The notes beneath the pieces were generated by a model that ran no database searches, was not told the origin of the DNA, and saw only the letters and a list, made by a program, of their open reading frames with translations. Of a stretch of DNA of 64,000 nucleotides, positions 1-15,067 are shown in pieces (the stretch's first letter is position 1; each line of letters begins with the position of its first letter). Origin of the DNA: the human T2T-CHM13v2.0 reference genome, Homo sapiens. The translations under genes were made by a program, and so were the position numbers. The stretch lies in assembly GCF_009914755.1 (NCBI RefSeq), contig NC_060933.1. One strand, given 5' to 3'.

Positions 1-944
1 GCCACTCAGCTTCTTCAGAGTTGAGTAAGATTAAAAAAGCCCGACATCTCCAATATTCCTCAGCAACGGTTTATGTACCTGCATAAGCAGATGAAAAAAG
101 GGCTTGGGGATGTATTAAAAAACATGCATGTATATGATGGATGGGGAGAGAGAGCACGCAAGAATCTGATACAGATTAATGGCTCTCTGTATTTTTGGAG
201 TCTTTTTGTTTCAGGCCTATGGTTGTGGCGTATTGGAAGGGTTCTGGAATTTTAGAACACAAAGTAGCAGTTTTAAATAATGAGAGAAGATTCCACATGG
301 AACGCTCATCTGGCTGTGGCAGCCTGTGACTGAATGAGAGAAAAGTGCCCTAGAAGCTATTCATTACGAATTCACTGGAAGCTCTCAAACGAGGCTGGCA
401 GAAGCTGAAATTGAAGTGGTCTCTGACCTAATTTTCTTCTGCATGAAACATCTGCATCAAGGCTCTCTTTGATGTATTCCACTTGGCTCTGTCTACGGGA
501 TTGTATCACATGGACTCGGTGTTGCCTCCTTATTGAAAGACATTTCCAGCCTTTGCAAGGTAATGCGATGTTACTGTTACCCAAGCTAATCACTCAATGT
601 GCTCCTAAAATAGAAACAATAGCAGTTCAGAGACAATGTTGTCTGCTGGCTGTTCCTGCAGCTTGGGCTCCTGGTTTTCCAACTGAAATCTGTGGCATTT
701 GCCTCCTGTAATTCCAAAACAAAGGAGAGGGAGAAGAAGGGCAAAGCTATGCAAGATAATGTTGAAGGACCAGCAGCATTATGTGTGAGAAGCTTCATCT
801 TATTTGGTCCTTCAAGCCATTGGGTAGGATTTTGGCACCATTTAAACCACACAGAGCAATACCATAAGAGGTCTGCCTTAAGAAAGAAAAAAAATCTCTT
901 TATTTGGATGTTGCTTTTATTCCAAATTCTGACTGACACCCTCC

Positions 945-947
<3 letters not shown>

Positions 948-990
<43 letters not shown>
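948..990. repeat. (GA)n microsatellite
   Basis: Uninterrupted GA run of about 21 units. Confidence 0.97.
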
Positions 991-992
<2 letters not shown>

Positions 993-1982
993 GTGTACTG
1001 AATGTTGAGTGTTTTGTGATTCTTTAGTGATCTATGAACTACTTTTAAAAATTGTCTTTCCCCTCTTAAGCTCTCCCAACCTAGGTGGAATGCAGGAGTG
1101 AATTTTAAAAGGAATAATGATAATAATCTTTTTTAAAAGCAACTGTAATGAGGCATCTTCTTTATCCTGGCAGAATAGCTCTTGCCTTTCTCCATAAAGG
1201 TTTGCTGCACCGTCTTCGTTAATGGTGTGCTGCTGTTCCCCACCATCCCAGCATTATGTGAATAACGGTGGTGTCTTTTGTGTCCCACCCCCTGAAGAAG
1301 AAACCTTTGAAATTCTAAATGACTGTGCTGCAGGTTTTAATGTCTGCTTCTGAGAAAGAATTGAGAAATGCGCACTCACTGAGCAAGATGCAGCATGCCT
1401 TTGAAAAGCCTTTTCGCCTGACTCCTCTGTCCCACGAATTTAGATGAATATACATTCTTGTAGATGCCCCCTAGTTCTCGTTATGCCAGGAGAGAATGAC
1501 AGATGTGATCAACAGCCTCCTTTTGCCCAAATATTGATACTCCCATGGACAAATATGTAGTCATTCCTTTCCTTTCTGTGCTTTCTAATCAAACAAAGCA
1601 ATCAGATATGAAGCATTTGGGGGCAGTAGAATCTCTGAGGTCAGTGGTGATCTGGTTCTCCAACAAGAAGAGACTATGGGTGCACATTGACCTGCTTGTT
1701 ATGAACCTTCACAGAAGACCCAGGGAAGGTGTTAAGAGTTGGGGCCACGAGGTGGGCATCTTTAATCATCCTCAAGAATTAAAGCAGATATTCCCCTCCT
1801 CCAGGATGTCTTCCCTCATTATCCTCATTGTACTGGGGCCTTTCAGGTATGCAACATGACAGAACAACCGTGTTCTCCTCAATCAAAGCACTGAGAATTG
1901 TGTATGGTCTGTCTTCTCTAACAGCCTGCGCTGTCTGGAAGGCAGACACTATTATCTTTGCAGTCACAATGTCCACCACAAA

Positions 1983-2085
1983 TAGGCTGACCAACTCATC
2001 TGAATTTGCCCAGCACTTTTCTGGTTTTAGCACAGGAAGTCCAGTGTCCTGGAATTTCCCCTCATTACTGGACAAACCACTGGGT
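1983..2085. mobile_element. MER81-like hAT MITE, 3' end degenerate
   Basis: taggctgaccaactcatc...tttgccc..actttt.ctggttttagcac.gaagtcc matches the remembered MER81 consensus. Confidence 0.7.
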
Positions 2086-2093
2086 ACATATTA

Positions 2094-2453
<360 letters not shown>

Positions 2454-2869
2454 TCACCTTTATTCCGTGAATAATAAACTCTAGTGTTAGTTTTAAGAAA
2501 CCTTCATTACCCATGTTGTCTCTCCAGCCATAAGGTTCAAACCTCAACAGAGCCCAGATCTCCCAGTTGTCACACTCACTCAACAAGCAACAGACCTGCT
2601 AAGTCCTACAGTCACAGACTCAGAGTCCTGGACTAAGAAGAGAACTTGATGCTGCCTGATGCAAAATGCTGTTCTACGTTCTGACTTCCTTGAGTATTAT
2701 AAACAAAAAGGAGTTATCTTATCACAAAGGCATGAGTGATAAGGTACAGGGGTGTGAAGAGACAGGAGAGAGAAAGAGACTGTGAAAAGAAGAGGAGAGA
2801 AGAAAGACAAAACTCAGATCACTTTTGCTCAGGTCTTTTGGGGATCCAAGGCTTAACACAGCTTGCAAG

Positions 2870-3560
2870 GCCTCCGTTTTTCTGTCCCAGCCCTGCTTTC
2901 TGCTCTGATCTCCAATCATTGCTCCCACGTTCAGTGATTCCTGCTCCAGCCACAGAAGCCTCCCTGCTACTCCTCCAACTGAGAAGCAGGCTACTTCTTG
3001 GTCCTTGTACTAAGTACTCCCTGAGTTGGAATGTTTTTCCCCGAGATAGCCATGGAACTTGCACCCTGTATTCATTCAGTCCCTGGCTCAGAGCGCCTTA
3101 CCTTAATACCCTGTAAACATGAGCCCTGTCCATCTCTGTTCATCCTCTGACCCTGCTTTAATTGTCTTCACAGCCCTTATCACCAGCAGACACATTATAG
3201 ATTTGTTTATTTTCTATCTAGAGCAATACTAATAGAACATTTTATGGTAGAGGCAACACTCTATATCTGTACTTTTCAATACGGCAGCTAGTAGACGTAT
3301 GGTGGCCACAAAAGTACTTAAAACTCAAGTATTTGAGTACTTGAGATCACCTAGTGAAATTGATGAAATGCATTTTTAATTTTAAAACTTTTCTTAATTT
3401 AATTTAAATTTACATAGCCACTTGTAGCTAGTGGCTACCATTTGGACCTTGTGGTTATAGATGAATCTTGAAAGCAGTTTTTTTCTACTTTGCTTTTTGA
3501 CATACTTCTTATGAGCAGTTCCTGGTATATAAAGGGCTTTCAATAAATGTTTTTAAATAA
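2870..3560 (+). mobile_element. L2 3' end relic interrupted by MER3
   Basis: ccctgctttaattgtcttcacagcccttatcacc and terminal cagttcctggtatata..tcaataaatg resemble the L2a 3' end. Confidence 0.65.
3222..3452. mobile_element. MER3 (hAT-Charlie MITE)
   Basis: aatagaacatttt...tttaatttaaattt.atagccacttgtagctagtggctacca.ttggac matches MER3. Confidence 0.85.
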
Positions 3561-4189
3561 ACTTATGATTCTAGGCATGAAACAGGCATCTGTGGCTGGG
3601 GAACAACCCAAGGAGTCAGACTAATTCTGGATTCCAATCAACCCACGTCATGAGAGGACCCTTCAGACATAGAGTCATCAAAGGGATGTTCTCTGGCCAA
3701 ATTTCATCATCTCCCTAAACCTCATTTTCTTATGTGTTCAATAGGAATATTTACTTACAGTATCTAAGAGATCTGTCAGTGACTTGATGTTCAACACACT
3801 TAGTTCTGTAGTGACACCAAAATCCTATGTGTGAGCACATGGCTATATATATAGGAAAGCACTCCGAAGAACGCTAATTTGTGATATTCTTGCCAGTGAT
3901 TACTATTTTGGAGGAGGGGGATAATTTATTTGCATTATAAAATAATTCTTTGCCTAACAAAAGAATCTATAACAGGATTCTCTCAAAATAGCTAACTCCA
4001 CGACGCATTTCAATTAAGAATATATTCTGACAAGTCCAGGGTCCTTGCAATTTATTGCACAATGCAAGGCTTACCTGTATTTTCAAGAATGCATGAGGAT
4101 GTTCCTTTGACTTGCCTGTGTTCTCATAACATCTCTTTTTCTAGGATTTGGTTTGACTTATTAGTTGCAATCTTGGAAGGGTATAGCAT

Positions 4190-4910
4190 TCATTCCTTTT
4201 ATTGGTTCGACAAGTATTTATTAAATTCAATGTAGTGCCAACCACTCTTCTTGACACAGGGAATACTTTCACATAATGAAAAATTGAAAAAGATAATCCA
4301 CGTAAAGCTTTTGAAATAGTACCCAACACTCACTAAGCATTCCATAAATATTAGTTGTTGTTTTTCTTGCTGGTGTTATTATATAGAACTTACAGTCTAG
4401 TGGAGGTAAGAGACAAAAAGCAAACATACATATGATCAGAATTATCTCTAATACAAAGTGCTATGGCAAATATAAAACAAGTTATAACCTGTAGCCTTAG
4501 GAACAGCACCTGAGATCTGAACCCAGATGGTCCTGCGTTCAGCCATTGGGTAGTGAGATTTCTGATTCCAATTACAAAAGTAGTAACATTACATTTCTGG
4601 AATTTTGTTGAGTCTGCCTCCTGCGGGCTTTTATAAAAGTGTAGTCAGACCACTTAAAAGAACAGAGAGCTATGATTTCATCTTGCTAGATGAACTATTT
4701 TTTAACCTACCAGCTAATAAATATGGTATATTAGTAAATGTCTGTAGACATGGCCTAAAAAAAAATGAGCTAAATTAAGTGATCAAGAGTTCCTGGAGCA
4801 GAAGCCACTTTACATCAGTCAAGGAAGGCTGCTGCTAGGAGGAGGTGCTCTCTCAATAGAAGGAGCCAGATCCAGTCGGAAGGGGCACAGGGTAAATTCC
4901 ACGTAGGAGC
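4190..4910 (-). mobile_element. Fragmented L2 relics with MIR pieces
   Basis: ttcattc..caagtatttattaaat..tagtgcca, gaacttacagtctagtgg, cagtcaaggaaggct are antisense L2 motifs. Confidence 0.5.
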
Positions 4911-6839
4911 ATTTACTGAGTAACTGCTTGGTGCAAACATAACACCGACGGCAATGGAAAGACAAGAAGGAGGGGAAGACAAGTATCTGCCTTCAAGAAC
5001 GTTACAGTTTGCAGAAGAGTTGAAATGAGTCCACTAATGCTAAAGAAGGTAGAGGCTGTAGGAGAAAGCCTGAAAACACTGAGCTGGAATGGAGAAAGGA
5101 TCTCGCTTCCCCATCTCACTTGGCTGCCTACTTTTTTTCATCTTGCTGCTTCTTCTCCCTTCCCCCTGCAACAATGCTAGAGTTTGCCCTTAGCCTCCCC
5201 AAGGACAATAGAGAAGCAGCCCTTGATGAGGCTGGAGGATCCTCCTGTCTGCCTCCCAGCACACACTTGCCTTGCTTTGACTTTGCTCTATGGAAAATAA
5301 ATCACAGACACTCAATTCCCAGTCACCGTCCCCAGGGAGCTGAGACCTCACCTCCTCCCTGGAGCCTGCCTGTAACAGGGGATTGTCAGGTACAAAGAGA
5401 AAACCTTCAGAGACCCACACCCCATTTGGAGAGCGAAGAGGGTCAATGGGAATAATTGCTAGCAGTTGAATGTGAGCGATTGTAGAGGGATTGGAAGGAA
5501 AAGGTTTCAGGAAGGGAAGAAAGAAAAGAAGGGGGGAAAAAAGCCCTCACCCCCCCACCCCCCCCCAACCTCCATAGTCTGTGCACAGAGAACTGCATGG
5601 TGGTCTGGGTCCTTGTAGAACATTTGTGTGCCGGACAATAGCACAGCCCGGCTTCAGATCATCAGCTGCTGTTTTCTGGTTAGCTCTCCCTTTATGTGAG
5701 TGCACAATGCAAGCCTTCAGTCACAGTGACTCTTGAGAAATACATCTGGTTTTTTCTTTCAGACGCTCTGAAAAGGTCAGCCTGTTCGTTTCTTAGACGC
5801 GAGACACCACAGATTTTTTTTTCTCCCTCTGAACTGGAAAGACAGACCTACACCTTTTCTTGCCTCCTGGTACATAATTAGACATGGTGCGGCTCTAGAA
5901 GCCAGCTAGCCCATCCTCGGCACTCTTTCAGAGACGTGTCGCCCAGCTTCGTGGCTGCCGAACTTCTGCTCTGATCACAAAGGCTCCAAACAGTCCTTCT
6001 TCCCCAGCCCAACACCCTGGGGTTCTCTGCTTGTTGTTTTGTTAATTATGACAATGACTCCCCACAGCCTGCTACCCAAACATGGTTCATGACCGATGAT
6101 GCTGTCCCTGGCAGAGGGAAGACTTGAGAATTTCTGGAGGAAAAAAAAAAAAAAAAAACCCAACAATAACAACAACAAAACCCCACATTTTAATCATTTT
6201 CACTCCAGTGATGGTAAAGATTCTTCATGCACACTGTAACATAATAATAAATGTGCCCATGAGGAAAGAATGATCAGCAGCTGGTGTCTGACAAATTATC
6301 TCATTCCAGACAGGCAAACAGTCCACAGTGGGGAGAGGCTGGAGCCTGAAGAGGCAATTTGGCACACGATTGGGGTTTACCTCTCAGATGATGGAGGTTC
6401 AAATGGCCCACTGCGTCTGGGCCTGGGCCTCCGAGGTTTTCTCTGGCTCTCCTATTCTCCCATCACCTCCTGGAGCTCCTGACAGCCATAGAAAGAGGGA
6501 TTATTCTCTGGGCTTAGCCAGCCCACCTCTTGGCCCTCCTCCAGGGCACTCATATTCCAGCCATAAGAAGCAATTACAGTCCACTCCCCGCCAGGAGTCG
6601 TGCTCTTTCATGCGTGGTACGTGCTGTTTCCTCTCCTCATAATGCCGTGGCGCCCACAGCGCACTCCTATTCTGTGTTCAAAACCCACCTAGATTCCTTC
6701 TCTCCTTTTGCTAACGAGTGTTAGTCACTCTCTCTTCCGGAAGCTTCTAGCACCTTTTCTTAGTACTTTTATTACCCCACTTTGTAGCTATTTGTTTTCT
6801 ATGGACTTTCTGATGGCAGCTACCATGTGTTTCTAATGA

Positions 6840-6960
6840 ACCTTGAGTGTAAGGTACAATCCTGAGTGTTTTTCTTCTATTAGCTTGTTTAATCCTCCTG
6901 ACCCGAACAGGGAGGAACTCTTCCCATTTTACCATGAGGAAACTGAGGATTAATTTATTT
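6840..6960 (-). mobile_element. MIR relic
   Basis: tttaatcctc...cccattttacc.atgaggaaactgagg MIR core. Confidence 0.65.
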
Positions 6961-7324
6961 TGCACCACGGCCCCCACACGATCCCTGAAGCGGTGAGGTG
7001 GAGGTAGAAAAGCACAACTTCACCTCTGCTCCTGTCTCCTAGCAGCTGGTGGGCTTACTGGCTTCTCAAGGTTCATCCCCATGTAACATGAAACACCCTG
7101 TACCTGCTTTGCCGGATGGCTGTTATGAGGTTTCAAGGTAATATGCTTTGTCTATGTTGTTCTTATCATAGGCCTTGTCTGTGACTTTATTTTTGATAAC
7201 TATTTTTAATGTCAGTTTCCTTCCAGAATGGAAACTCCCGGAGGGTAAGGACATTGCCTGCCTTGTTTGCACCTATAGTCTCAGTTCCTAGAACACTGCT
7301 TGTCACCTGTAGGAGCTCCATACA

Positions 7325-7618
<294 letters not shown>

Positions 7619-8160
7619 AGTGCTTCATACATTTTTTGATGAATGAATTGAGCAATATTAAGATAATAACAGTCTTATTTTTAACCTGGGTCCCAACACA
7701 GCCCACATCCTGTAAAATAAAGCTCTGGGATAAGATAGCACACACTGAGAGCTAAAAACATTTTAGCAATTATTCCTTGGGTTTCTGACTTAGAGGAACC
7801 AACCCAAAGCCCTCCTGAGTATTATTTCCCCTGCTCAGAGTTCCTGTTGGTATGAGCGGCAACATCACATAACATTCCCATCATTGTGGGAGAAAATTGA
7901 AGTTGCTGGCATCTGTCTCTTAACATAGCCTTTTAGAAGTGGGTCTAAGAAGTGGCTATTCGGCAGCTATGACTTGCATCTCTACTATGTGTGCTAGGCA
8001 ATTACAGAAAGTGAGAAAATTGTCCCGTGTGTGAGTATGTAGACCATGTCTCACCCATCCAATCTCCATGTGAGCACAATACAATTATCCTCATTTTACA
8101 GATAAGTAAAACTAAGTCTCGGAATGACTATACAACCTGCCCAAGATCTCACAGCTTTCA

Positions 8161-8577
<417 letters not shown>

Positions 8578-10056
8578 CCCTATGAAATGGAAAGTTGGCA
8601 AATCTCAGTAATTTATGTTGATGAGCATAATTAGAAAACCTTATGTTTGTATCTGTACCTTTGAAAAACAGAACAAAGCAGAAAAATAATAGGTTGTAGA
8701 CATCTTCAATGGTCAATACAAACAAGGGTTTGCTCATAGTTGAATCAGGCAACTGTAATACATATGCTTACAGCAAGTACCTAGAGATGGGGACTAGCCC
8801 CTACCTGGAGTATTCCCCCTGTTAAACCTATAAGGAAAATATATATCTCGGTTGAGTATCTCTAGAGAGAATCTAAAAGAATTTAGTCTCTTATGTTGTA
8901 TCTCACAGTTGAGAGCTAAGATCTGGCTTTTCGGTTTCATTCTGTAATAGCTTCCTTTAGTTTGTGTTTATGTTAGACATATAAAAGACTCACAGTCATC
9001 TATTCTCTCCCAGGTTTAAAAATGGCCACATCTTCCACTCTCATATTGCAATTTGGAAACAGTGAAGACTAAAGACCAAGAAGAGAATAGTTTCTGGTAT
9101 TAGATTGCTTGATTAGTTTAAAACAAATATTATTATATTTTTAACTAAAAACCCAAGGGAACTCATCTTGGTCTATAGCCACAATCACTGTAAATAGTAA
9201 CTCTAGGACACAGAAGGAGTAGTTGAAATCCTCACTAAATCCCCTCTATTGGAGTAAACCGCACTTACATGGTTACCCTGATGGCTTGATGTGTGCATTT
9301 CCTTTTGGAATGCTGGGTTTGCAAAGATCTTATTTAAATTCAGACTCTTTTTTACACTGGGTCTTGAAAAATTGGGATTTCTTTTAACTGGACAGGAATG
9401 TTAATAGGCCCTGAAGCATCTCTTGCTTAGATGGGCCTGGTTGAAGCCACATTCTGTAAGAGGGACAGCTCACTTTTTTCAGACACTCCGGTCTGTGGAA
9501 TTTTATCTGAGGTAGAACCAAGTTGAGATGGAGAGCCATGGGAATACCCGAAGAGAGTCCTTGAAGTGGAGCTTAATGAAGCCTGCAAAAGGATTCACTG
9601 AGCATCACAGAAGGCCTGGTCTGTGCAGAACTAATTAGTTTGTTAAGTATAACCTGTTGTATTCAATGTACGCAGTGCCTTATGTGATACACAGATAACA
9701 ATGGGTTTTTCATGAGAACTTTCCATTCTTCGTCTAAAACTAAAAATATCCTTAGACAAACATGGCAAAAGAGGAAAAAGTCTCTGGCTGGCCTGGCCTG
9801 GATTTCCCACATACAACTTCCTCACCAAGTGGTTGTTTCTGTTACCATGGGCTACTAACATTGGCCTGTTTCCTCTGGTTCCAACTACAGTTGCTCAAAG
9901 TTCACTTGGAGTATCTAGATTTCATCAACAATAATCTTAAGACACTTTTCTCCCTCAAATACTCTCCAATGTTGTCTAGACTGGGTATATTGATTATTAT
10001 TCTGGATAGGATTTCTCTTTCTGTTTGGTCCTAATTACAACTCTGAAACTAATCTA

Positions 10057-10386
10057 GTTCTGTTCTATAGAAATATAATGAGAACTGCAAATATAAACCA
10101 CATACGTATTTCAAATTTTCTAGTAGCTACATTAAAAAGAAAGGTAAAATTAATTTAATAATATATTTTGTGGAACTATATATAGTATCAAACATATTAT
10201 ATCAGCATGTAATCAATACACAAAAATCATTAATGGGATGTTTTACATTCTTTTTTCCCTGTCAGACTAAGTTTCCAAAATCTGGTGTATATTTCATACT
10301 TACAGCACATCCGAATCTGGACTGGTCACATTACATGTGCCCAAAAGCCACATGTCACTAGTGGCTACCAAATTGAACAGCACAGC
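10057..10386 (-). mobile_element. MER33 (hAT-Charlie)
   Basis: tagaaatataatg...aaattttctagtagctacattaaaa...agccacatgtcactagtggctacc..ttgaacagcacag. Confidence 0.88.
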
Positions 10387-11449
10387 ACAAATCTGTTCTA
10401 GGGGCCTTGGGTTCTCACCAACTGCTTGTGGTAACAGAGAGATTTTCATGTTGCTCACATTTCAGTGGGATATATAACTTCCTGATTCGGATCAACCTGA
10501 AAATAACTCCCTACTTGCCCACCAAGGAGATGCCCCATGACAATGCCTGTCGATTAAACTCCACAGCTTTGTTCACCCCAACTTCCTTGCATTATTCTTG
10601 TTTAATCACTGCATTTGTAATTGCCATGTTGAAGACAGTAATGCAAAAAGTATTTCCAATTTCATAGCTTTGACTGCATCATATTGTGTTGTTGTTGTTT
10701 GTTTTTACTTAAGTGGGGTAAGAATGTCAGGATAAAAGCTTTCTTTTACTTTACTGTTTCACCTCACTATTTTCTTTTCCTCTTTCTTTGTTTCCTGTGT
10801 GTTGAAGATGTTGTCACCTTCCTTATTCCATGGTTTATGGAGTTTCATGCCTTCTCTTCTTTCTGGAGGTCTTTGCATGCAGAATGTCGAGTAGATCATG
10901 TCTGAGGTCCCTTTCAGCCCCTCTGGAGCCTGCTTCCTGTCCACAAGTAGGGTAAGAGAAGAGAGGCTAGACAGGGACTCAGGGCTGAAGGCAGCGATGT
11001 GAGGAGTGCCAGGGGGTAGAAAACAGGGATAGGGAAGCATGATAGGGGTAGGAGGAGAAGGGAAGACAGACAGAAAGGAGTCAAGTATGTGTAAAGCATA
11101 GAAGATGGCTGGCGATTACATAGAGAAGGGTATTCTAAAGCTGGTGGGACAATCAAAATATACGAATTGTAAAGGTTAAGTGAAATGTTTATTTTAGTCC
11201 TTTCTCCTCTTCAGTCAGCCTGACTGAATACGATTAACAGGCACACTGCGCTAGCTGCATACTAAAATTAGGTGTTAGTTCGACTTCTCACTCACAGCAT
11301 TAATGCACAGAGGGCTCTTACACATAAATGCCTTTCTCACCAGGCTCAGGCACCTCACATCCTTCCTCAAAGTTGTACGTTAAAAAGGAAACATGGAGCT
11401 TTTGTTCAGTTGGCCTGCCTGTGTCAGTCAGTGCCTTGTGCTGGAGAGA

Positions 11450-11655
11450 AAAACATAGCAGAGTGGAGCATCGGACCTGATTGAGGTCAAATCCTGGCTC
11501 AACAACATCCTAGCATTACAACCTTGGGCAAGAATATTTACCTCGCTTAGGCACAGCTTTCTTATCTACTCAATGGACATACACATTTCTCTTTTACCTA
11601 CCTTACAAGGATTTGGGAGAAAATTAATAAGATAATGCATAGGGAAGTATTTAAA
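11450..11655 (+). mobile_element. MIR
   Basis: tcaaatcctggctc...accttgggcaag...ctaccttacaaggat...aagataatgcat. Confidence 0.75.
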
Positions 11656-13083
11656 ATTTCTTAAATCTTACACAAAAGGACTAATGTAATTGTGTCTATG
11701 TTGACCATTATGTCTAAACATTTGCCAGGTTGCTCCCAGTTTACAAATAGAGCAAGAAAGACCCAGACAAGTAACACTGGCTCACTCAGTATATCCCAGA
11801 AACCAGGGATAAAAGATGAAAACCTAGTCCACTGCCTTCCAGCCACAGCCTGTGTTCTTCAACCATGTTGCCTTTTTGAGAAAAATATTCCTCACCTCAA
11901 CTCCATTCTAATATAATATCTGTTCAGCCATCAAGAGAGAAAAGACCAAAGGTATTTTTCAGATTTTTTTTAAAAAACTGTCTTTAATAACTCTTTGAAA
12001 GATTGATGTCGAAATCATTTTCTTTCTGAAATTTCTTTATCTTCTCCATCATTTATATATATTATTTTGTGCCTACTTATAAAAGCTGAAATACATGGAA
12101 TTTTTAGCCTAATGATAATTGAAACATGTGTCCTTGGGTTTTTTTCCCTTTGTTAAGTATACTCACACCAAAAATATATGAGTTTTTCACTTGTTCAACA
12201 GTCTCACAAATAAACACTTGTTAATGAATTAGTTTTCAGAAACAATTTATTTTCAATTCCCCGATAGCTTACATATACAAAGCCAATGACCAAGTTTATG
12301 TTCACATTCACTGTGTACAAAAAAAGCAGCTAATACTGCTTAAATATGTGTTCCTTGTATTAATACTTGATCTCATTAGGTGACATGCAGTAATGACAAC
12401 ATCACCGAGCTTCAGAGCTGGTTCAAGCCCCAGAAATGCTTCCAGCTAAGACCTTAGGCTTATCTCATTCCCCCTTGAACCTCAGTTTCATCATCAGTAA
12501 AGTGGAAATAATATCACACCTGTGTCACACAATTCTTGGGAGAAATAAAAGACCTACTTTTTATGGAACAGTTTTATGAAATTCAAAGTCTTGTAGAAAA
12601 TTTATTTTTTCTCGGTGTAATTCTTTCAAGCGATAGCTATATGGAGGCAAGAATATTCAATATGTGCTGTGCTGTTCCCCAAGGGTCATGTTTCCATTGT
12701 GTTGATTACTGATAAGGAAGGATAAAAGCCTATGACATGAAAGAGGGTGGGAATCTGAGAGGGTGGAACAATCATCCTAAGAAATATGGCCTGTAATTCT
12801 TGGAATTAAAGGACCTTAGAGATGATCTAGTCTAGCTCCTAATTTCTCAGTTAAGAAAACAGGACAGGTGGTGTGGGAAAGATGGGCCTTATTTTCAGCA
12901 GTGCAAGAATAAAGACCAAACCAAAACCATAGAAAATGCTTTATTTTCTGCAGCTAGCTATTTCGCTACACTGTGCTGTCTCATTTATAAGGACCAAATA
13001 TCACATTCTCTGGGTGATGGCAGGGCACCCGTGGATGATGCAGCCTTGGAGAAGTCACTCAGGGACTCTCAGAAATAGAAGGG

Positions 13084-13833
<750 letters not shown>

Positions 13834-14569
13834 ACTGGCTCTGTAATCAAACCTGTTATACTGACTCTCTTACAAAATCCCCACCAAGTGTCCACTATCC
13901 TCTCTATACCTCTGGCGATGGCACACTCAATGCCCATCTAGACCATCCTGACCTCATTTTCAAACACATTTTTTAAATAAGAATGGATACATGTTTGCTG
14001 TTGGCCTCTGTCTACCCTCTCTCCTACTCATCTGAGACCCAGGCTGCTAGGATAGATTCATCCAGCCAATATATTCACACCTGCCTGGGGCTGGACTTGG
14101 GGATACCCTGGAAAGCAAAACAAATGGCAAGCCTGTGAAAAGGGACAAGCATCAAATAAGTCATTGCAGAATTAGTTACTTCATTGAAGTTGTAATGGGA
14201 GTTCTAAAAGAAAAGAACTAGATGCCATACATGAATGTAACAAAGGGATCAAACATAGGCTTGGGGTCAGAAGAGAGTTCCCCAAGAATGTGGTAATCGA
14301 GCAGACCTTGGTCCAGTGAAGTTAGATGAGTGTGAAAAGGGAGTTCCAAGCTAAGAAAATTGCTGCTGTGAAGGCCTTGAAGGAAAAGAGCCCAGAGAGT
14401 TCTGGGCAAGGAAGGAAGGCCAATGTGGATGGAGCAGAGTGCAGAAGGTGGGGTGGGGAGAGAGGTCAGGAAAGCTACCCCACATATCACTCAAACACTT
14501 TACAAGGACTTGTTCCTTTGTTTTTCAAGTTTGTCTATAATCCCCTTAAGCAGGTTGCCTGAAAAGAGC

Positions 14570-14800
14570 ATAAGGGTTATGAACACCAACTGTATTTCAG
14601 ACTGCGTAGATACAAATTCTGGCTCCATGAATTGCTAGCTGTGAGACTTTAAAGTGGTTCTGTATTTTTCTCTGGATCTTCACCTATAACTGGTCCTAAT
14701 AGTAGTACTCACTCCCAGTGTCTTGAGAATTAAATTAGTTCATATACACAAAGTTTCTAGAACAGTGTCTGGCATATAAGTGTTGCCTAAGACCTATTTA
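14570..14800 (+). mobile_element. MIR
   Basis: cagactgc..caaattctggctcc..ctagctgtg.gact...gagaattaaat...tagaacagtgtctggcata. Confidence 0.75.
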
Positions 14801-15067
14801 TTACTATAATGGGGCAATGGCCTGACTCCTGTTTTTCTCTAGCTTTTTAGTCTATGTCAATTCAGGTTCTCTGGGAAGCAGACAGGCTGGGTAGGGAGAG
14901 CTTCTGGTGCAATACCCATCTGAGGCCCTCTTGGAGGACCCACTGAGAAGCTCTAGAACAGATTCCCTGAGCAGAAAAAGTCAGGTTCTAGTAATGCTGC
15001 CATGTTTAGTATGCTGAACATAAACATGAAATTTAAAGGTTGAAGTTTGAAAGCTGGTTTTACCAGA

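Noticed and set aside
372-593. 73-aa minus-strand ORF overlapping the candidate exon
   Set aside because: GTG start with an in-frame TGA immediately upstream inside the exon; no recognisable domain
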